Below are positions 11,110 to 30,234 of a DNA stretch of 33,984 bases, in pieces. A program made the translations under genes and the position numbers. Under the pieces are notes generated by a model that was given only the letters and a program-made list of their open reading frames with translations, searched no databases and was not told where the DNA came from. The stretch lies in assembly GCA_000320545.1 (NCBI GenBank), contig ADNK01002586.1, positions 1-33,984 on the forward strand. Direction: 5' to 3'. The DNA is from Bigelowiella natans CCMP2755 (taxonomy: Eukaryota; Protista; Cercozoa). Positions within the stretch are counted from its first letter, which is position 1. Every line of letters starts with the position of its first letter.

Positions 11110-12027
11110 GTATTAATGATGCATCACTGAAAGGGTAAAATATCCTGGTGTTCGGGCCACAGTAGCAATGTCGGAACAGAAAGCATTATTCACAATGGGT
11201 ACCCGATTCACACTAAACTATTCTGCTACATCTCGCCAGCAGAACAGGGAAGCACTTTGATTCAGCTATTCTATTAAGTGATGTAGCATCCAGCAAAATA
11301 TATGATTCCCGGCGGCCGACACGTGTCAAGTTAAAGTTTTAGCAAGAACATTAAGCCGTGAGCGCTTTGGCCGTAGGAATCAAACTTAAGTTTGCTTACG
11401 TACATTCACACATGAAATTCTGTTGCCTTCATCACCACATTTAGATATAGCATCGCTTGCTGCTGCAATCAGCATTTATTCGACTAGGCTAGCTCTAATA
11501 ATTAGATTCTATCATATCAACATTTCAACGCACATGCAGGCTAGCAGGGCGCGGTGGCATCGCTAGGTTATCTAGTCGTCTTGCATGTGCATGACACGCG
11601 CTACGTACATACGAGTCAGTCTTAGCCCACAAGCTATACGGATGGTGTCTATATCTAGATTTGGCGGCGCGCATACTTGCTGACGACTGGCATGCTGTGC
11701 TCGCTCGCGTGTATCGTTTATATTATTAACTAGATTAAACTCACGGCGGTCATGCTATTATAATAAATTGCTTCAATGCCTATAGTTTGAATATAACCAC
11801 ACTCGTGCAATGACCCACTACGTCTAGACGTATACTGTGGTACACTGGCGATGACAAAATGGTATACTAGTATACGTTTCTTGTTAGCAATGTTTAGTTA
11901 TTTACAACGCTTGGATTTATTTATTTACAATGTAAGTAACAATTTTTGCCCGAGATACGCGCAACACTGCTAGTCGGGTGTGCATGGCATGTATTTAATG
12001 TATTGATATATCTTTAGCAAACAATAT

Positions 12028-14003
12028 CTACACATCGACTGCATAGGCAGTCGATAATGAGGATGTGCCTCGTTCAGGGATGTAGTAGGAATCCGTGTTT
12101 GAAGCTACCTCTGGATAATCCTCTGCAGTAGAAGCCACATAGATTGATTCTTCCGTATTATCATTTTTATCATCATCGTTATCGTCTTCGGTTTGAACTC
12201 CCTGTGCCAAAGCCGCTGAGCCTTGACCTCCTTCTGAGTTGAGACCTCCTCGTGGACCTCCATCAAGACTGTCAATTCCGTCTCCTCCAGAATCGCCACT
12301 ACCACCACCGAGTGCTTTGTGGAACGGCAAATGTGTATTCAGTGATCTTTATTGTTTTCGCACCACCAGACAAAGCATTTTACCTAAATTCCCTCCATCA
12401 GTGACAGAAACTTGGACATTCTTCCCCAACAGCCGGTCAAGGAGATCACGAAGTTCTTCTAGCCTAGCCTTTGTTGTTAATAGCTCGTTCTCCGCCTGAA
12501 AGGAGGAACTCGATTTAGCTTCTAAGATGAAAGCTGTGACGAAAACGCACCTGTATTCTCAACTGATCGTATTCGAATGCAAGGCGCCGTTCGGTTGAGA
12601 GTTCCCATTTCAATTGGGTTATCTCTTGCTGATAAATAATACACCACTCTTTAGTAAATTCCGCCAAGTGGCATTTTTCTCCGCGTACAACCTTTAGGGC
12701 ATGCATGTTGTGCTTCCAGTCCAAATTCAAGGTCGAAGAGAGTGCTAGGGAGCAACCAAATCAGTAGAAGTAGGAAGTAGTAGAAGTAGTAGTAATAGTA
12801 GTAGTAGTGGTAGTAGGAATCATTCGATTCAACAAAGATTGGGGGTGGCTGATAGAATCTCACTCTGTTCTGCTGCTGAGAGGAACTCTGGCTCTCCCTC
12901 GAACGATGATCCACTGAAAATGCCTCGGAAGATCCAGAGCCCTCCAAAAGCAGCACCTCTGCGAAATTTTACTTTTTAATTTGTGCTTGGGACTATACGC
13001 TTCACATACATACTTTATATATGTTATTCACATACATTAATGAATAAATATATATATGTCATATTTCATTTAGTAAATGTTTGAATGATACAAGTTTAGA
13101 GCATAGCTCGAGTCAATCCCCTCAATCGCTATCTTAAAGATGATTATTGCTAGAATGAAAGACTATTAATACCCGGCGAGGGCAAATCTGGTTGGTTTGC
13201 TTAAACTCTCCATGAATTCACGGACAGCAGTCAGAGCAGCCTGTGAAGCATCATAATCGAACGATAATTAAAACCAAATCAAAGATCTTTCAACGAACAG
13301 GCTGCACCGAATTTGCAAGATTTTGGCCCCAGTTTTTCGCGAAGTCGTTCGCCGCTGAGAATATATAGATGAACACAAAGGACATAGTTATCTCTTGCCT
13401 ATATGGGGAAAATACGATTCGTTTCACCAGCAATAGCAGCATTATCGATGAGAGTTTGAGTGATATTATTCACTCGGGATCCCCAGTCGTCTGCGAAATA
13501 GAATTAAGTTTTGCGTAGCGAATCACTTAAATGTTGACCTGGGCGAATGTGCTCTTGAAGCCATTGGTTGCTATCCTTCTGAAATGCACCAAAAGCCTAG
13601 AGGCAGCGATGCGACAATCAGTTTCTTAATATTATGTTGAAGATTAGGACGAAATACGAACGTATGTTGTTGAATTCCAGAAGGTCGAAGATGATTCTTT
13701 CAGCCCAGTGCTCCAGGCAGCTAGCCCATCTCTCCAACTGAGTGATAAGTGGCCATCAAGAAGACTCACCCAATTCAACGATAGCGTCAAGAATGCAAAA
13801 AATGGCAAACCTGGGATTCTCGTGCGTTTCTATAAACATTTTTGTTTCCGAGGGTGGCCTTTGCCGATGATTTCATGCATTAGGAATATCTTTCTAGTTA
13901 AAACAACAAGCTCTACCTCGATCTTTCCGTTTCCTTCTCATTATTCCTAAATGAAATGGCTGCACTTAAAATTTCTTCTTTATATGAATAGGCGCACTTA
14001 AAT

Positions 14004-14056
<53 letters not shown>

Positions 14057-14613
14057 TAAGCTACCCTGAAGATATTGCGCTAACTCCATTGTGGATACTT
14101 CTTCTGTATGTTGAGATAAACAATAATTTTGGTATTCAGAAGATTTCGGCCATTACATCGAACATATCATAGGGAGACTTTGGTGGTTTTGTTCTTCGAT
14201 TAACAAAGTCGAATGGATTTCTGCTTTCCGAGGTCGTCGATCTGATAGTAATGCAGTATCTTTATATCAGCAGGTTCGAGACAGGAGGATTAACTGTTAC
14301 GGACTGCTCAGTTGAGTTCGTCTCAGTCCCCACGCCCCAGAACGCCCTTGTGCGATGACAGATTCTGCAACTAAACGAGATTGTACATCTCAGCCTAGCT
14401 AATACGAGGAGTTCTTGCGCTGCCTCACCTTTTTTTTGTGAATCGGGCGCTCGAGTAATACCGGATATTAGCATTGCCTCGATCCCCATTCCTTCTAATA
14501 TTTGGAGTCGATGCACGGGGATAGGACCGCAACAACGGTGAAGAAGTATATAATTGGAGCAACAATAGTAGCGCTGCAGCGACCACCACATGAAGCTGGC
14601 CTTCTGCTACCAT
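12028..14613 (-). CDS. Unknown protein: signal peptide + transit-like peptide, one hydrophobic segment, coiled coil, acidic C-terminal tail; multi-exon
   Basis: Leader MVAEGQLHVVVAAALLLLLQLY followed by an R/S-rich stretch ending RICHRTRA-FWGV. Later exons read AALTAVREFMESLSKPTRFALAG|GAAFGGLWIFRGIF, QEITQLKWELSTERRLAFEYDQLRIQ|AENELLTTKARLEELRDLLDRLL, and a last exon with EDDNDDDKNDNTEES. Junction phases are consistent in the 3' half and less certain around 14050-14300. Confidence 0.75.
14006..14055. repeat. (TG)n microsatellite in an intron
   Basis: Directly visible TG run. Confidence 0.95.
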
Positions 14614-15039
14614 GAGTAGTGTGTTTTCAACACAGAAGCCACAGGCTCCCACAACTTACCTAACCAACAAGAGTCAAAATCCAATTTTAGCATTACCCTA
14701 ATTATAAAGCATTGTTCTTCGAAAAGATACCGCAGATATACTGACTAGGGCACTGTCTTGTTGTTGTGAGAGGGGCCCGTGTTGTGGCCGACAGGGCCCA
14801 AAAAAATCAGAAAACGCGGGTAGGGCTATGGTCTTATGCTATTATTTCTATAAATCAGCTGTATTTTTTAGTGACGACAATGCTTCTGGGGTAGTCCTGG
14901 GGAAAACCTTCGGACAGCTTCAGAGATGCAAGAATAGAAGTGTTTTCAGAGTTGCGACAATAACAAAGGGAATAATACTAAGAATTATCCCTCTGCAGGT
15001 GCCTATCGACGTGCCAGAGCCCATTCAACCACACTCAGA

Positions 15040-16196
15040 ATGAGCTTCCATGCAATGGAGACAAGAGCGAAGAGAGGCCAAGCCTCGACCGCCTACGTTG
15101 CAGTGATGTTTTTTGCTGTCATCGCCACAGCAGGACTCGCTTGTGTATATGTAATTCCTCGTAGCCAACAGGCAAACATGATGTTGACTCAAGCGGTCCG
15201 TAGTTCTCCAACTTCGATGGGGCCTCTCCGGTGTCGCAAACAAAACAGCAGGGTAGCTGTACGAAGTCAAAGACATGGTACCACCGATGAAATATCGCAT
15301 CGTATCAGTGAATTGATAGTCTGTGTGTTTGTAGGAAGAAAACTTCATGAAAGTGAAAGACCTTCCAGTTCCCGTCGTAATTTTTTCAAAAAATCCGTCG
15401 CATTATTACTTCTTAGCCAAGGAACAAGGCAAGCTTTTGCAGATCCTGGTGACTCATTGCCAGAACCTATAAGGAAGACATTCATCAAAAAGGTCCCAAA
15501 GCAGGTGCTTGATGCAAGGTATCATGACACTGTGAGCTATGGCTACAAGTTTAAATCGTCTATTTTTCAGGCGTTTAAGGAAATTAGAAGATGCTGTTGA
15601 TGTATTTGAAGGACTTGACGATTTACTAGAACTTGAACAGGTTTTCCCTGCAATAACTATGCGTGGCATGTTGGCCGTTCCCTCGAATAGGGTTTAACTA
15701 AGAGATTTTACTCCTGTCAGTTTGAGGATGCAATGAAATTGTTGAGGGATCCAAAGGTGAAGTATCTTCGAGGAAATCTGAGAGAATCGAATAAAGATTA
15801 TATTTGTGGTAATGACGGTGTTTCACCGTGCATCAACGCCGGTGAGGCCGAGAAAATCATAGGTAAGCAATCCAACTCCTTAAGTTTTCCACGTTTTCGA
15901 AGTATTTTTTTCAAAATTCACAGAGGCGATTGAGTCTTTCGATAAGGATCTGAAGAAAAATGTCAACAAAGATGAAGCAGCCCCAACTGTTGATGCTCTC
16001 CGCGACTCGGTGATGAACACATTTGTTGTATCAGCGGCAATTGCTTGAGAGTAAATTGCATATATAATCTTCGATATTAAATCAGGCCGAAAAAATAAAT
16101 GAGCAGATTCGAAAAGTCACAGATATCGTACGAGAGAGAACACCGAAGGATGTGCCAGAAGAATTCGTAGGCACCAAGGCAGATAGTAGTGCATAA
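15040..16196 (+). CDS. PsbQ-like thylakoid lumen protein with tripartite leader (signal, transit-like, twin-arginine Tat peptide)
   Basis: Hydrophobic signal (YVAVMFFAVIATAGLACVYV), R/S-rich transit, then SRRNFFKKSVALLLLSQGTRQAFA|DP (RR, hydrophobic core, AxA). The mature part RLRKLEDAVDVFEGLDDLLELEQFEDAMKLLRDPKVKYLRGNL...AEKIIEAIESFDKDLK resembles the PsbQ helical bundle by eye. Stop at 16194-16196. The gene is well supported; the family call is moderate. Confidence 0.7.
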
Positions 16197-16409
16197 ATGA
16201 CTGCACTGGATATTAGTACAGCTTTCCAGGAGACTGCCGTTAGCTATGTCTGACGATGCGATCTAGCTTTGCAGCCATTCATTTCCTTATGGCATTTGGT
16301 GTCTACGTTATAAATGAATAGGTTGCTAAATAAAGCTATGTATAATCCTGTGGGATACAGACTCAGAATTGGGCATAAAATCTTAATGCAAGCATTTACG
16401 AGCGTCGGT

Positions 16410-16564
16410 ACATTTACTAAAATATGCGCCAACATTGCATATGTACTGGAGCTAGATAGCATGCATGAATGGATGCTGATTACATCCGTCTCACATTTAC
16501 TAAAATATGCGCCAACATTGCATATGTACTGGAGCTAGATAGCATGCATGAATGGATGCTGATT
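16410..16564. repeat. Perfect 72-bp direct duplication with 11-bp spacer
   Basis: ACATTTACTAAAATATGCGCC...GGATGCTGATT at 16410-16481 and 16493-16564. Confidence 0.95.
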
Positions 16565-17040
16565 TTGGTAATCAAGCGCTGTGTCCAAAGTAGATAGAGT
16601 CCTGAGCAGGAGGATTTTCTATAGATTTCCACATATACTGATAATCTACATCTAGTAGACATAGCACACGATATATGTATAGCATATCTGCTGGATATAG
16701 CGTATATACCAATAAAGCGTATAGCCATTAATGCACGTATACATGATCAATATCTGGATATCCAGCGCCATAGCTGCACTTATTTGGTGACGAAGAAATC
16801 TAGGCACTAGACGTTATGTCAGTTAGTTATGCGCGCGACCTCCGATGAATTTAATTAGGGTTATCGATCAGCTTTAGTGGTAGCATCGAAACACTTTTGA
16901 ATATTATATTGCTATATCGATGTATCGCTGTGTGCAAATATCTACGGCCGATGAAGCACATATGTAGCTAGAGACAGAAGTTTCGAGATGTTATTTACAT
17001 GAAAATTATTTGGGTACAGGATGATGTGCTACAATGGAAA

Positions 17041-17711
17041 TTATGCATTTGACTCTGAGGCTTTGCGTTGCATCTCTAGAAGCTCCCTTGCTCTCTGTTT
17101 CATCTTGAATATCCTTGTTAGTATGAAAAAGTAAGTACCATGAAAATTTTGAACAATTTTTAAACTACCTTTGACTCAGCACCTTCATACGCTTTGATAA
17201 CTCTATTGTTTTCTTCTGATATCGTGGAACTAATGCCATCGCTGTTGCAACTCGTTTTAATTCAGAATTCTGTAAACACATATCATTATATTATTGTAAT
17301 GATAGGATTATAGAGCTCTGACCAAGATAGTTACCCGTATTCCTCCTCCATGAAGACGTTCAAAGTTTTTATTTTCAAATTCCAATTGCTCCCTTATTGA
17401 GCCCTGTGACTCGTTCAATTCTGTCAGCAGCTCCCTTAACTTCTTCGTACTGTGATTTTTTATAGAATTCAATCAGTGTATCCCAAAATATATCCGAAAA
17501 TTTTTCACCGTTTATCTACAAGCTGGAGATGCGCAGCTGACATTTTGTCCGTGGAGGAGTCCTGGATGATGGTATTATGTGTCCAGATTTTGTAGTGCTA
17601 TATCATGTGAGCTTTGAAGATGTAGAGTATAATCTTCACAAATTCTCTAAGGAGCTATATTACCATCGATGTATCCGCTACGGACACATCAGGGTGGGCC
17701 TCGAGGTCCAT
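17041..17711 (-). CDS. Pallidin/Snapin-family coiled-coil protein (BLOC-1 subunit 6-like), ~130 aa, 5 exons
   Basis: Spliced product MDLEAHPDVSVADTSM|DSSTDKMSAAHLQLVDKR|TKKLRELLTELNESQGSIREQLEFENKNFERLHGGGIR|NSELKRVATAMALVPRYQKKTIELSKRMKVLSQR|IFKMKQRARELLEMQRKASESNA*. The pattern L.EL..SQ..I..QLE.E...F and Y..K......M..L..R...MK.RA..L matches pallidin from memory. An upstream ATG near 17814 is an alternative start. Confidence 0.7.
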
Positions 17712-18103
17712 GGAAGAGAAAGAGAAAGCTCAGAAAGCAAGTGTTGCCAGCACGTGGGGGACAACCCTTTTTGCAGACGAGCTGTCGCAAGCGTGAAAAC
17801 CCAGTCCTTTTCATCGTGTAGACTACTACGAAACGCAGAAATGAATTGCCAACTTCGCAGTTCGTTCGTCGTTACCGGTTACTACCATGCCAGCACCCGA
17901 TGATACTTGGATGTACGACGTGTGAGTCGTTCGCATGATTCTCACGTAGATCTAGTAAATCGTCGCCGCCAGCTCTTATCTCGCCAACGCCACCCCCCCC
18001 TCTCCAGGCGATCACCCTTGGAACCTGTAAAGAGCGGGGAGAAAGGTTGTTGAGGCCGATTGCAGCATTTTTGTCGACGTTTCGTTTCTAGTCGCTAGAA
18101 CGG

Positions 18104-26108
<8,005 letters not shown>

Positions 26109-27541
26109 AAATGCGATTCATATCCACTTGATTCATATCCACTTCTCCTCAATTCTCGTACGTTCTAAGAAAGAATACTGGGGAACGATGATTATCAGCC
26201 GATCGTGTGTGCCCATATTGCTTCTGAGCTAAAACTTTAGATAAGTTATTTTAGATAAGTTCGTCGTCGTACAATCGTCGTGAACAGGAAGACGACTCTC
26301 ACCGTCGCGACTTAGCAGGGCCAAGCTAGATGTGTTGTGTATGCTTTTAAATCGTCGTAAAACGTGGATGTTATTGTGCGGATAAAATAGCAGTTTGCAG
26401 GCGCACAATGGTGCGTGGTAATGATCAAAGCTAGCTCCCTTCGCAATAGCAAAGTGTAGAACAGCGTTCGTAGTCTGCCAGCATGTACGCTCAGTTTGCA
26501 GCTTGTGACACCGTGCTGTGCGTGCTCGTATTGCACTGAATCATGCCAGCTGCGTTGTCACGTTCTGTGCGCGGCTAGGCGGGCTGGCATTACCATCTAG
26601 ACGTCGATCGTGACCACTTGTTTGTCACGTGTCATCATACGCATGTGTGCATGTCTATCTAGCCATGATGAGGCCATCTTTTTGCCCAAAGCAATAAGAG
26701 TTAGTATCCCCATTCAGTGTTGGACGACACAGCAGAAATTGAGCACTGCGACCGCTACTTTATTTGTACAGCTACGCTAGTACGTACATCAAAGGATGAC
26801 CATATATGTTGGGAAAAATAAATGTGTTCATTGCATCCGTCTCCCACCTAATAGCGACCACGCAACGTGCATAAATGCCACACCTTGAGACGCGCAACGT
26901 GCGTAGCACACACATCGTACGCATCATGCGTGCCACATATCCGCGATGTGAGCAAATGCACACAGCAGTCCATGCATGCTAGCATGGCGGAGCGCACATG
27001 TCTAGTAGGCACACTACTAGCTGAAGCTAGCTAGCTAGGGCTAGCCTGCTAGCGCTATGCACGTCTATCCATCAATAGGGAAGCCCAAAACAATCTGGTA
27101 GCGCACCGTGGGCCTCCTAGCCTCTAGGCCTACGGATACAAATGCAGTCACATTTATGTAGAGAGAGCATGCGAGAGGCTTTGGCGGAGATCCTAGCATA
27201 CCTTGTTATAGTGTCGAAATGGGCCTGAATTTTTGTTTTGTTGGATCAGGAACAATGCAACTGGCATGTGCACATTTAAATATGCCGTACTAGATGTATA
27301 CATACGGTACGTCAGTATGTCAAGAGCGTGATAACATTTGAAATTGATTCCATCGATTGTTGCTAATGCAGTTAAGACATGTCCATCTAGACATTGTATA
27401 CGCATGATGCGGCTTTAGTATGATGTACATGTTGCGTGCATTCCCCTTCTCATCCGCAGGCGTAAGCTATACTACCGTGCGTTTCTATCGTCCTCGTTAC
27501 TCTGTTACTTTATTGCCAGGTCGGGCAGCTTCCTCTGCTGT

Positions 27542-30203
27542 TCAGAAAGATCCACGTACAAAACTTGGTCTTGATTCGTCCACGAAGTTTCCAAAAGCAG
27601 AAGTTACGTTAATATCAGGAGTCAAATGATCACTCCGACCAAGTTTAGAATCCCCATGGTTCACGACGGATGGACGACGAGCAATTTTCGAGGATTTCGC
27701 AAACCTTTTCCAGCAAAGAAAGACAAGGCGCATCTGTAGACCTTGCGAGCTTTGAACTTCTCTGCGGAAAATTGCTTTACATGGCAGCCCAGCCATGAGT
27801 TGCAACTCCTTATTTAAAAAGCTATTCATTAATTCCTCAGTATGCCGAGACTTTTTGCGGACGACCGAAATCAATCTGGCCATGAGCTTGCAGCATTCTG
27901 GAGGTAGGAACGGTACGTGGTGAGTATCGGTTTTCGCAGAATCGACAAAGCATTTCTTTTCTTCATGCCGCTGCTGCCCTTTCGACCCCTCCTCCTCCTC
28001 CTCATCTTCCTTCTCCTTTTTGATGGACAATGAATCCACACAACGCTCTATCTGTTCGAAGCTTCTGTAGGCGTCGGTAACGAACCAATGCAGAGTCTCA
28101 ACGAAGTCTGTCGCGACTTCAGGACCACAGTGCCTCAAGCGGGCGCTGTCTTCTGAAAACTCTTCCGGCCCATTCGGTCTATGAAGGGTTTCCTGATACT
28201 CCGAGTTCTTTCTGGAGATGTTCACGGCGACGATGGTGATGGGAATAGCAAGGCAAACGATGGATATAAACAGGATGTAGCTACTAAGGATACGCCCCGG
28301 AAGAGACGTCGGGTAGAGGTCACCGAAGCCTACAGTGGTAATGGTAACGACCATCCAATAGAAGGTGTCAGGGATAGACCGGAAGGGACTTCTCTCCTTC
28401 ATTCCATAGAAAGTCTCTCTCTCGTACATATTCATTTCTTCGCTCCACGTGCCCTGTTCGCAATAAAATATTATACTACTGCAGAAGATGGTCCATCCAA
28501 CCAAAACGACCCCGAAAGACACGAGGGGAACAAGCGAGGCATGTAATGCTTTTGTCAGGATCTCCAAGTTCTTCAGTCTCTTGAATAACCGAATGAGTCT
28601 AAGTAGGCGGAGGAGACGTACGACCCGCAGAAATGAAATGTCTGGGATAGTGGTGAACCTCTGGATGTAGAATGGGATGGTTGTAAAGAAGTCTATGATT
28701 GTCATCGGATTGAGCATCCAGATGTACATTTTGTAACAAGCGGATGGCTCTCTTCCGTTCTCATCTTCTGCAACGTCGTAGTAGCACCGTCGAAGAAATG
28801 CGCTCCGGGTGAAAGGCACGCTCAAGGAGCGACACGACAGCTCTACCGTGAATATTGCCACTACTACAGTGTCGATTATGGAAAATACAGGGGCTGTATC
28901 CCCGTCCTTGCTGCCGTAGTTTGGGTATCTATACTCCGGGAGCGACTCGGTTAACACAGACATCACGGATGTTACCACTGCAACTCGCACGAGCCATTGT
29001 AGGATTTTGCCGATTAATCCAGGATATTCATCTTCCCAAATCTGAAATGTCTTCTCCATGAAATTCCCCTCTTTAGGGAGCCAAAGTATTGGCTGAGAGG
29101 GTGGCTCTCTAGTGCCCCAAATCCGCATGGACTGCTTTCGTCGCAGCATCACGTGATACAATATCGACTGCGCCTTTGCCTTTGATTCTACTCTCCTATT
29201 CTCCCAAGGGTCAATTTTGTGGGTTACACTGGTTTTGTTGCTATTATCATTATTGACGCTACTGCTTGCATCGCTGCTATCATGATAGGACTCGGGGCTT
29301 TCTTCCATTTTACGTCGCTCCTCATCGCGTTCATACTCTCTCAAGAAGACATTGGTTACCACTGTGATGGGAATAGCGAAGAGCACGAGTGAGCAGATCA
29401 TGATTATGCATCCTGTCGCTCGGCCTTGTGGAGTGCTTGGGGCCTATTGAGCCAGATATGGCAGTAGTAGCAGCAGCAGCAGCAGCATAGGGATATAACT
29501 AAATGAGGAGTTGTGCGTTTGTGAAGGCATCTTGCTGCCTAGATAGTGAATCACCAGGACGTAAATTGTCTACTTGTGATAGTACAACGGCAAGGCGGCT
29601 TTCAAAGGCACATTTCTCTCTTGTCGCACCCTGGAGCGTAAAGCCGTTAATTTTTGTCCCACCGTGGTAAAGCGGAACAAAAATCATCGAGCATTTCCGT
29701 GCTCCAAGGATGAATAAAACACTAATATCTTTTTGCATTCTATGCATGCGCTATGGCACTACCATATCTCCATAGCCGACTGTGGTAAAGGTCTGGATCA
29801 CCCACCACATCGAGATGTACACCGAGGTAAATGGTGTAGGCTAAGGATGAGGGAAGACTTCTCAGTAAAAATGGAGATTGATGGTGAAAAATACATGGGG
29901 AACCGAACCATCTATCCAACTTCTAATGAAAAGAAATTCGCGATAGGAAATTTCCACTGAAGTATTCACAAGCTTTAAAATCAAAAAACTTAAGTAGTAG
30001 ATTATTCTGAACCGTCACAGATTCTTGACAACCCTTCCATTACACATTACAACCTACCTCTTTTTCGCCAAAGACGTTCTCACGGAGAAACTTCTCACGA
30101 TCAGAATCATAGACTCCTTCTTCGCACACGTATATGAAGCATGCGGCTATCAAGACGAAGACCAGAAGCAGCATAAAGACCTGATCAGTAGTGGTAATGA
30201 TAC

Positions 30204-30234
<31 letters not shown>

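Noticed and set aside
16410-16564. Repeat-spacer-repeat resembling a CRISPR array
   Set aside because: Only two long copies with an 11-bp spacer, eukaryotic context, and no cas genes.
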